In this document: one piece after another, positions 54,934 through 62,147 of the stretch
Position numbering within the stretch: position 1 is the first letter of the stretch
Layout of the letters: each line of letters opens with the position of its first letter
From: a virus
Lineage: Duplodnaviria; Caudoviricetes
IMG/VR virus record: IMGVR_UViG_3300042868_003080
Span: 1-62,147 of that record
Reading direction: 5' to 3' (one strand)
Length of the DNA stretch: 62,147 nucleotides
Notes under the pieces: model-generated
The model's input: only the letters and a program-made list of their open reading frames with translations
The model's database searches: none
Told to the model about the DNA's origin: nothing
Program-made: the position numbers and the translations under genes

Positions 54934-55433
54934 TTGCCAGCACTCCGCCAATCAGGGAAATCGTTCGCATCGACCACGCCGTCTCCGTTGATGTCATACC
55001 GCAGGTCGCCGCGATACTTCTCCCAAGGCTCCATGTCGTCATCATCGTCATCGTTGACGCTCACTTCTGGCTCAATTTGATCGACAACGGAATTTGATGT
55101 TGCCGGATGAGAGACAACGTCAGTCAGTTCAAGTGGTGATTCGTGCGCTGGTGGTAGCGGCTCAGGCTCAGGGTCGTTGCGGTCCTCTGGTGGTGGTGGA
55201 ACCAACTCGCCCTTCATGCCCATCAGGGTGGCGTAGGAGCCAGCCACAGCGCCGACAACCGAAGTCATGACGTAGCTAAGGAGGCCGAATACGTCCTTGT
55301 TGTCGATGATTTCGTTCGACACGAACAGGCCAGCAATCATAGCGACGGTAATAGCAACGATAACAAACGCCATCGTGCGAGCAGCCATGAGAAGCGCCCT
55401 GATGCGAGCGTCCATTAGTTTATCTTCCATCAT
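54930..55433 (-). CDS. two-TM holin-like protein with dockerin/EF-hand-like tail
   Basis: Two hydrophobic helices; Pro/acidic linker; YDINGDGVVDANDF. Confidence 0.55.
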   Translation of the reverse strand: MMEDKLMDARIRALLMAARTMAFVIVAITVAMIAGLFVSNEIIDNKDVFGLLSYVMTSVVGAVAGSYATLMGMKGELVPPPPEDRNDPEPEPLPPAHESPLELTDVVSHPATSNSVVDQIEPEVSVNDDDDDDMEPWEKYRGDLRYDINGDGVVDANDFPDWRSAGK

Positions 55434-55953
55434 TATTCCTTTCTGCCAGAGGATTTTCTAGCGTCTTTTGGATACGTTCCTTCGTTTCAGCCTCAAGCTG
55501 CTTGATGCGACGCTGCTGCTCTTGGTCTTGCTGACGCAATTGCTCTATAACAGCGCGCTGCATGGCCATGTTCTGCGCGTCGCTGTTCCGGACGCTGCTC
55601 GACACCGCATCGACCGTCTGGCGCGTCCCGCTGACACTGCTGGAAATGCTGCCCGTCATATAATTCAGGGCTTCGCTGTTAATCTTGGTCAGGCGCTCAA
55701 CGCTTGTGACGCGCTCATCCAGAACCGAAATGCGGCCTTCGATACCAGATAGGTCTGGCGGCACATAGGCCGCCGTCACTTCCTTCATGGTCAAGAACTG
55801 CTGGTACACTTGAAAGCCAGCCCACAGGCCGCCGATAACCGTCGAGAACGCGGCGAAAATGATTGCGATCTTGCCGCTGCTTAAACCACCGATGTTGAAG
55901 CTAAAGCCGCTCTCGTCGAAGGCGACCTTGGGTTCTTCATCTGTACTGCTCAT
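55420..55953 (-). CDS. membrane-anchored coiled-coil protein
   Basis: TM helix IAIIFAAFSTVIGGLWAGF followed by a long heptad region. Confidence 0.65.
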   Translation of the reverse strand: MSSTDEEPKVAFDESGFSFNIGGLSSGKIAIIFAAFSTVIGGLWAGFQVYQQFLTMKEVTAAYVPPDLSGIEGRISVLDERVTSVERLTKINSEALNYMTGSISSSVSGTRQTVDAVSSSVRNSDAQNMAMQRAVIEQLRQQDQEQQRRIKQLEAETKERIQKTLENPLAERNNDGR

Positions 55954-57475
55954 CTACCATCTCCTGCCATCGGGCATCGTTTGTCTGCATCAGTCGATAC
56001 AACTCAAAGTTTGCGTCTTGCAGCCTGCGCCTACGGTATATATCACGAATTGCGTAAAAGTCAGCCCTATCTTGCAACGACGCCTGCGTATACGCGGCGA
56101 AGCCCGGAACGGCACCCATCGCCGCGATTGTGTCGCTCTCGCCCTCAGATATTCCGCTGTCGGACTGTGGCTGATTTCCACCAGAGGTTGTGGGTTGAGA
56201 TGAGCCAAGACCCAGAACTTCAGCCGTGTTAGACATAGATAACGGACTACCCGCTGAGATTGCCATGTCCAAGGGTGACGCGCTCTGCGCCACAGACATA
56301 GTAGATACCTGCCCAAGCGCACCGCCGAATGTGGTGTCGAAGCGCACCTGTACTGTGAACGTGCTCGACGCCGATGCATCCTGCGCCTCTTGCATGGTGC
56401 CGGTTTGCTGTTGCGCGCCGCTCTGCGCCTGTTGCGTCTCCTGCATAAAGCTATCTTGCTGCTGCACGTTGTCTTCGAAGTCTACGCCTACTGCGGCCAG
56501 CGCAGCGACTTCATCAGGGTCCAACCGCTCAGCCTCATCGGCCTCAGCCACACTGACCTCTACGGCGTCCTCGACTTCTTCTATAGCAGCTTCAGGCTCT
56601 CCTACGAGTTCTACGACCTCAACGGCCTCCGCGACCTCCTCAGCCCGCTCCAGCGCAATCTCAGCGGCCTCTTGCACCTGCTCCATCACTTCAGGCTCAA
56701 GCTCCGCGCTTTGTTCAACGGCCTCGGCAATGGCAGCAACAGGGTCTGGGATGACATCGACACTGGCCGGTGGGCAGCTTGGGTCCATAGGCGTCACGTT
56801 GCAGTCAACAGTAGTGGCTGGCGCGATCCACGACAGGATGCCGGACTGGTTCTGGAGGAACTGCGCGTTGCGTCCGTAGAAAAGCGAGATGTTATCGTCC
56901 GCAGTTGGGCCAGTAATGCCTGCGGTGAAGGTGTGGCCCCCATTAAAACCCAAATTACCGTAATTGAGTTGTATCTTGCCGTCGGCAAAGAGGCCAATCT
57001 CGAAGGTGCTGCTGTTGTTTGTGCCGTATTCTTGGACGCCGTACCAGCCAAAGAGGATTGAGCCATCGTCGCGGCGATAAAAGGGGTTGCCAGTGAAGCT
57101 GATAAGGTCAGACCAGTAGGCGTAAATCGTGTTGCGCTGCGCCAGTTCGATAGGCTGACCATTGCAGCATAGATGATTGCCGCTCTGGAACGACACAAAG
57201 CCATTGCTCGACACCCAAGCGTCGGTGAATGTCTGGCCCCAATATTCAAACTCAAAACCAAGAGCCACGTTTTGCGTGTTATCGTCACCCAGATTGAGCG
57301 GCGTCATTGTCGTTGGAGCGCCATTGATCTGCGGTGGGATTAAGGCAGGCTCATAGGTCTGCGCGAAAACGGGTGTTGCGCAAGCCAGCAGAATAACCTG
57401 CAAAGCGTATGTCTTATTTCTCAACAGGGCGAAGCTCGACGTTCTCTGTCCACGCGGCGCGGGCTTCCTCACCAA
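55937..57475 (-). CDS. exported protein with NIDO-like domain and acidic stalk
   Basis: Signal-like KTYALQVILLACATPVFAQ (start may be TTG 57424); DD...LGFEFEYWGQ.F...VSSNG.VSF...IYAYWSDL...TFEI.L..DG.I..NY. Confidence 0.6.
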   Translation of the reverse strand: MVRKPAPRGQRTSSFALLRNKTYALQVILLACATPVFAQTYEPALIPPQINGAPTTMTPLNLGDDNTQNVALGFEFEYWGQTFTDAWVSSNGFVSFQSGNHLCCNGQPIELAQRNTIYAYWSDLISFTGNPFYRRDDGSILFGWYGVQEYGTNNSSTFEIGLFADGKIQLNYGNLGFNGGHTFTAGITGPTADDNISLFYGRNAQFLQNQSGILSWIAPATTVDCNVTPMDPSCPPASVDVIPDPVAAIAEAVEQSAELEPEVMEQVQEAAEIALERAEEVAEAVEVVELVGEPEAAIEEVEDAVEVSVAEADEAERLDPDEVAALAAVGVDFEDNVQQQDSFMQETQQAQSGAQQQTGTMQEAQDASASSTFTVQVRFDTTFGGALGQVSTMSVAQSASPLDMAISAGSPLSMSNTAEVLGLGSSQPTTSGGNQPQSDSGISEGESDTIAAMGAVPGFAAYTQASLQDRADFYAIRDIYRRRRLQDANFELYRLMQTNDARWQEMVDEQYR

Positions 57476-58292
57476 TCAATCCCAAGAATGGGCACGGTGT
57501 TCCGGCCATCTCCATTGCCCTAAAGACGCGGAAGTCTTGACATAGGAGGCTGACGGCGGCGACGCGCATGCCCATATCGTATAGGGTCTTGGACAGCTTC
57601 ATGCGTTCACAGTTTTGGTCACGCACAGTGCGCCCTGCTGACAGGCCAATGATTTGGGTCTGCACCGCGCCAGACTGGCCGGTGGTGCAAAGGTCTTGGC
57701 TGTAGGACATCATCGACGGTGCAATGGCACTGGGAGGCGGCGACTTAATGTTCTGGTCAATTACCTGCCGCGATACGTTTTCACTGTAGCTGGTGGACTT
57801 GCTGTCATTCACGTTGACGTTGTTGTTCTGGTTGACGTTGTTGCTCGTCTGACTGATCGTGCTTGTGTCGTTGTTTATATTCCGGTTTGTATTGTCGGAC
57901 GTACTGTTCACGCTCTGGTTGATCGTGCTGTTGCTTGTGTCGGTATTAATGTTCCGATTGGTGTTATCAGAGGTGCTGGCCGACGTGTTCTGATTAATGT
58001 TGGTCATGGTCCCAGAGTTGATATTCTGGTTCACGTTGGTGCTGGAGGTTGTGTTCTGATTGATGTTCGTCATCGTCCCAGAATTGATGTTCTGGTTCAC
58101 GTTCGTGTTGGTGTTCGTGCTAGTGGACGTGTTGTTGTTCGTGTTCGTACTAGTGGACGTATTGGTATTGGTATTGTTCGACGTGCTGTTGGTTGTCGTG
58201 TCGTAGACGTATGATATCGGCGCGCTCTGAGCGAGCACCATAGAAGTGCTGGAAATTACCGCACAAAGGGTAACGAGAGCACGCCGAAACAT
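57414..58292 (-). CDS. exported Asn/Thr-repeat protein with 4-Cys C-terminal domain
   Basis: Start MFRRALV at 58292; signal peptide; NTNTN repeats; PPPSAIAP...C...C...C...CP. Confidence 0.65.
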   Translation of the reverse strand: MFRRALVTLCAVISSTSMVLAQSAPISYVYDTTTNSTSNNTNTNTSTSTNTNNNTSTSTNTNTNVNQNINSGTMTNINQNTTSSTNVNQNINSGTMTNINQNTSASTSDNTNRNINTDTSNSTINQSVNSTSDNTNRNINNDTSTISQTSNNVNQNNNVNVNDSKSTSYSENVSRQVIDQNIKSPPPSAIAPSMMSYSQDLCTTGQSGAVQTQIIGLSAGRTVRDQNCERMKLSKTLYDMGMRVAAVSLLCQDFRVFRAMEMAGTPCPFLGLIGEEARAAWTENVELRPVEK

Positions 58293-58654
58293 TACACTTC
58301 TCCAGTTGGTGGGGTAACCTCTACCCATGCCAGCGTGGCTTCATCCCAGTGATACAGCTTGCCGTCATCCGGTTGTGCTGTTGGTGCGTCCCAGAGGCAG
58401 GTGTTTTCGTTCAGCGTCCATGATGGGAATGGCTGCGGCGGAATAAACGCATCACGGCCCGCGTCGTAGGTATAACCGATGCCAGCGTAGTTTTTACGCA
58501 GCGGACGGCCTTCGGGATGTTGCCCACCGTGCGTGTTGTATGATGTCTGCACCCAAAGCGCAGGGTCTCCAAATAGGCCCGTGTCGATAACGTCCTGCTC
58601 GATGACCAGAACTTCGGTGACAATGCCGTCAATAACTCTTGCAAAATGTGCCAT
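58292..58654 (-). CDS. fibre-associated conserved protein
   Basis: MAHFA...WVQTSYN...RKNYAGIGYTYD...AFIPPQPFPSW motif, following a Gly-rich fibre gene. Confidence 0.7.
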   Translation of the reverse strand: MAHFARVIDGIVTEVLVIEQDVIDTGLFGDPALWVQTSYNTHGGQHPEGRPLRKNYAGIGYTYDAGRDAFIPPQPFPSWTLNENTCLWDAPTAQPDDGKLYHWDEATLAWVEVTPPTGEV

Positions 58655-58663
58655 GTGTTGTCC

Positions 58664-59869
58664 TTAGAATGTAATCGAGCCGGATGAGTTGAAGGTATAG
58701 ACAGTCAAATCCCCTGCTGTTGTAATTACAGGGGAACCTGTGGTTGATGTTGCGGGGATACGGCACGCTAAAACCACCCTGCCAGAACCACCTGCTCCGG
58801 TGCCAGAAACGTAAACACCACCCGCTCCCCCGCCCGTATTCGCAGTTCCTGAACCTGCGGCAATAGAATACGTGCCTCCGGCACCGCCACCGCCAGCGCC
58901 AGCGCCACCTTGGTAGTTATACGAGGCACCGCCGCCACCGCCGCCATATGTTATGGATGTTCCACTTATGGATGTGGCGCGACCCGCTGCGCCACTACCG
59001 GGTATCATCGCGCCAGAGCCACCGCCCCCACCGGTGTCAAAACCATTAGTGCCGTTAGCTGGCAACGCCCCGCCGCCGCCGCCGCCGGTATTGTATGTGT
59101 AATAAATATTGTCAACCCCGCCGTCTCCGCCGATACCTCCTTGTGTGCGGTCTGCGCCACCGGAGTTGCCACCATTAAAGCTGCCAGCAGTCCCCGCCAG
59201 CGCGGTATTTGACCTGAAAACACTGTTGCTCCCAGCAACGCCACTCGCGCCACCGGCTCCTACCGTGACTGTGAATGTCCCGCGTAAGAAATCTATCCCA
59301 CTAAACAACACGCCGCCGCCTCCGCCGCCTCCGCGACTACCTTGCCCACCGCCCCCAGCTACCACAGCGTAGGAGACCGTAACGGCTGGTAGATTTCCAG
59401 CTATAGTGTCCCAATTATCTGTGCCTGTTTTTAGAAGTTGAACGGAGCCACGTTGGGGGATGCTGCTAAACTCAAGGGGGGTAGTATTGCCGTTACGGTA
59501 GAGGTTAATACCCGTATTACCGAGCAAAATGGCGTTAGTTCCAGCGTTTACAACCGTGATCACTGTCCCAATCGGGAACGCAACTGACGCATTGGTCGGG
59601 ATTGTGATGGCCTGCGCGCCGGTATTGGCCGAGTATATTTGCTTGCCAGCATCGCCGAGAACCAACGTGTAGTTGCCACTTTGGACGTTCTGCGGGTACG
59701 CCACTACGCTTGCTGGAAGTGCGCTGGATGCCCACGCCGTGCCGTCGCTGGTCAGGACGTTACCGGCAGTACCGGGTGAAGTTAAGCCTGTACCACCATT
59801 ACCCGCAGGCAGTGTGCCTGACGCCGTGGATACACTTACCGGAGGAAGGATGCTTGAAAGAGTAGCCAT
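58664..59869 (-). CDS. fibre / adhesin with glycine-rich C-terminal domain
   Basis: NGGTG motif; PQN...YTLVL.DAGK...AFPIGT domain; VVAGGGG...GGSG.V...YTF..SG. Confidence 0.7.
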   Translation of the reverse strand: MATLSSILPPVSVSTASGTLPAGNGGTGLTSPGTAGNVLTSDGTAWASSALPASVVAYPQNVQSGNYTLVLGDAGKQIYSANTGAQAITIPTNASVAFPIGTVITVVNAGTNAILLGNTGINLYRNGNTTPLEFSSIPQRGSVQLLKTGTDNWDTIAGNLPAVTVSYAVVAGGGGQGSRGGGGGGGVLFSGIDFLRGTFTVTVGAGGASGVAGSNSVFRSNTALAGTAGSFNGGNSGGADRTQGGIGGDGGVDNIYYTYNTGGGGGGALPANGTNGFDTGGGGGSGAMIPGSGAAGRATSISGTSITYGGGGGGASYNYQGGAGAGGGGAGGTYSIAAGSGTANTGGGAGGVYVSGTGAGGSGRVVLACRIPATSTTGSPVITTAGDLTVYTFNSSGSITF

Positions 59870-59919
59870 GATTATGTGCCTTCGTTAGTAATAGTCATCA
59901 CAAAAGTTCCTCTACAAAC

Positions 59920-60483
59920 CTATACCGTAAGCCACAGGTCGATACCTTGGCTATCAATACCACTACCGGCATAAACACTACTATCTGTAGTTATAGAAGC
60001 AGCAAAACTTGAGTATAAGTTGCTCGTAACATGGCTATATACGCTACCTACAAGAGTGCCATAAAAAGACCCTGATGTATATACTGATGCACCGCTAACA
60101 CACCCGAACTCTAAAGATATGGCATAGTAATCATAATTGGCTTCGCTAGACCCAGATATAGGAGTCGTTGACAACTGACCCCCAATAAACACTTCTGAAA
60201 CAGCCTGTAGATTGCTATAGGTAGTGCCACCTAAAGCCGAATAGGCAACATCCGTTCCGCTATCTCCCGGCCATGACGTGCCGTTTATAAAGGCATTTCC
60301 AAGATATATCCCTTTGCGCCCATTGTACCCATTTGTCACGGTAAATTGAACCGCCGTTGGAGCGTTGGGGCTTTTTAAGAAATACGATTGTCCTACAACT
60401 GTTTCAGCCGAAAACTGGGCAAGAGACGTAATGACAGCCGCTCCGCCTTTACCCCCTGCTAAGGCGCATAATACTCCAGTCAT
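59920..60483 (-). CDS. putative fibre-tip / receptor-binding protein 2
   Basis: MTGVLCALAGG start coupled to the fibre stop (ATGA); lower GC. Confidence 0.55.
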   Translation of the reverse strand: MTGVLCALAGGKGGAAVITSLAQFSAETVVGQSYFLKSPNAPTAVQFTVTNGYNGRKGIYLGNAFINGTSWPGDSGTDVAYSALGGTTYSNLQAVSEVFIGGQLSTTPISGSSEANYDYYAISLEFGCVSGASVYTSGSFYGTLVGSVYSHVTSNLYSSFAASITTDSSVYAGSGIDSQGIDLWLTV

Positions 60484-62147
60484 GTCACGTTACCGGAGGC
60501 CACCCAAGTTGTCGCCGCAACCTTAACACATGTAGCAAGGCCATATTGAGCTAGTGTACGTGAACCTGTACTGGCTGCGCCCGCTAGGCGCAATGTGTCA
60601 GATGTAATCGAGATTGTCTGGTTAGACCCGCTATTGTTGAATATCACAATAGTTGTTCCGATAGGGAACGCAACCGAGCCGTTTGCCGGGATAACCACGC
60701 CGCCTGTCGTGATGCTGATGTGCTTGCCCTGATCGGCCAGTGCCAGTGTGTACGACGCCGTCTGGCTGTTCTGCGGCAGGCCGCGATAACCTATGGTGTT
60801 GGCAGCAATAGTGCCAGTCGCAGTAATTGTTACGTCTTGGTCGAGTGCGGTTATGTCCGTATTTGCACCTGACGCGGCAGCGCCAAGGGCTGTTAAGGCC
60901 GCTCCTGCTGTGGTTGCGCCCGTACCGCCGTTGGCGATAGGTAGTGTATCGGAGACTTCAGATGTAAGGCTAACGGTTCCAGTAGTGAAAGCCGAGGTGC
61001 CATTACCTTTAACAACACCCGTGAGCGTAGTCGCGCCCGTGCCACCACGTGAAACACTTAGTGTGCCACTAGTCTGGCTGTTAATATCTATTACACTCGC
61101 GCCTGCACCACCCGCCTGTGCAAACACGTTCCAAGTCGTACCGCTATAGACAAGCTGGACACTGACGTTAGAGATATTGCAGACAAGGTCTTCAGACAAA
61201 CCTTCAATGGTCGAACCATTGCGGCCAACCGTGAGGTTATTTGTGGCCCATGAACTAGCGGTATCAACAACGATAACCTGATCACCGACAGCTGGGGTAG
61301 CTGGAAGCGTAACCGTGAAGGCTCCGCCGCTGGTATCAGTCTGTACGCCCTCACTGTCAGCGGCGGTATAGTTAGATGTTTTGACCGTAGTGTACGTTAT
61401 GCCACCGGCTGATGGAGGTTGCGATGACCACACCGTGCCATCGCTGGTCAGGACGTTACCCGAAGCGCCGGGTGAAGTTACTCCTGTACCACCATTAGCA
61501 GCGCCAAGTGTACCTGTAATCTGCGAAGAAAGGTCAACATTCGAAAGTGTGCCGCCCAGCGTCAAGTTGCCAGACGAGGTCACGCTACCTGTTAGTGTGA
61601 TACCATTAACCGTGCCAGTGCCGCCAACAGTGGTTACCGTGCCTGCATTAGACGTATAGCCCGAAGGGTTACTCGCAGGGTATGCACCAAGGTTAGACAG
61701 CGCCGTAGCCGCGTCAGTGGCTCCTGTGCCGCCAAGGGCAACAGCTACAGGGGCGGTTAGGCTGAAGACCGTGCCAGTCAGTGTAAGACCGGTGCCCGCC
61801 GAATAAATCTGCGCCGACGATATCTGCGCAAACGTGATGTTTGTCGTGCCAAACGTAATCGTACCCTGCGTATTGCAGGTGTAGGTCTCGCCTGCGCCAG
61901 TCGTGCCCTGCTGAACAAACACGGTCGAACCTTCGCTCAGACCGTCTGGGCTGGCGTTGACAAAAGTGTCCGCGTCACTGGAGCGTGTCAGCACCCAGTT
62001 TGTTGAGCCAGAACCTACGCTTGTTACGACATAGATGCCGTTCTGGGTCTCATCGGTCTGCTCATAAACAAGGACGCGGTCAGCGACGCTAACCGTCACG
62101 CCGTCGATAACTAGCGCCGCTTGAGTGCCAGCATTAGTCAGGGTAGC
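60480..62147 (-). CDS. 3' part of long tail fibre (starts at 706 across the junction)
   Basis: DRVLV..QT..TQNGIY, xGGTG repeats, TLPATP..GD.V domain, C-terminal PQNSQT domain. Confidence 0.85.
   Translation of the reverse strand, partial: ATLTNAGTQAALVIDGVTVSVADRVLVYEQTDETQNGIYVVTSVGSGSTNWVLTRSSDADTFVNASPDGLSEGSTVFVQQGTTGAGETYTCNTQGTITFGTTNITFAQISSAQIYSAGTGLTLTGTVFSLTAPVAVALGGTGATDAATALSNLGAYPASNPSGYTSNAGTVTTVGGTGTVNGITLTGSVTSSGNLTLGGTLSNVDLSSQITGTLGAANGGTGVTSPGASGNVLTSDGTVWSSQPPSAGGITYTTVKTSNYTAADSEGVQTDTSGGAFTVTLPATPAVGDQVIVVDTASSWATNNLTVGRNGSTIEGLSEDLVCNISNVSVQLVYSGTTWNVFAQAGGAGASVIDINSQTSGTLSVSRGGTGATTLTGVVKGNGTSAFTTGTVSLTSEVSDTLPIANGGTGATTAGAALTALGAAASGANTDITALDQDVTITATGTIAANTIGYRGLPQNSQTASYTLALADQGKHISITTGGVVIPANGSVAFPIGTTIVIFNNSGSNQTISITSDTLRLAGAASTGSRTLAQYGLATCVKVAATTWVASGNVT
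62030..62147. repeat. 118-bp direct repeat identical to 1-118
   Basis: Exact match to the window start. Confidence 0.95.

Noticed and set aside
52600-60790. Diversity-generating retroelement (repeated fibre C-termini as VR/TR)
   Set aside because: No reverse transcriptase gene; both copies are coding; differences are largely synonymous and not adenine-specific
62030-62147. Terminal repeat as a true phage DTR
   Set aside because: It lies inside a coding sequence and its length is typical of an assembler k-mer overlap

Overview
The window is an apparently complete, circularly permuted ~62.0-kb tailed-phage genome: bases 1-118 are identical to 62030-62147, and a tail-fibre gene reads through the junction. 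The layout is podovirus-like and apparently lytic. I saw no integrase, tRNA, CRISPR, RNA polymerase, tail tube/sheath or tape-measure gene. The minus strand (16164 down to 1, continuing 62029 down to 38374) carries packaging, head, small basic proteins, fibres, an envelope/lysis module with a GH19 endolysin, and internal-virion (ejection) proteins. The plus strand (16878-38289) carries many small early ORFs behind sigma70-type promoters, then VRR-NUC, an RNAP alpha-CTD homologue, a C5-MTase-like protein, PolA, a sigma4-like HTH, a glycosyltransferase, a Cas4-like nuclease, an SNF2 helicase, a putative SSB and a primase-DUF927 helicase. The PNFG(H/R)KSL signature in the alpha-CTD suggests an alphaproteobacterial host (inference). 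Best novel candidate: a ~72-nt three-hairpin small RNA at 38303-38375 with its own promoter-like sequence and terminator. Its first loop is the reverse complement of an extended Shine-Dalgarno motif (AAGGAGCAAAC) found at about 11 early/middle start codons but at none of the late starts I checked, suggesting a phage-encoded anti-RBS sRNA regulon. All calls come from manual reading and recalled family motifs; no database searches or folding programs were run.
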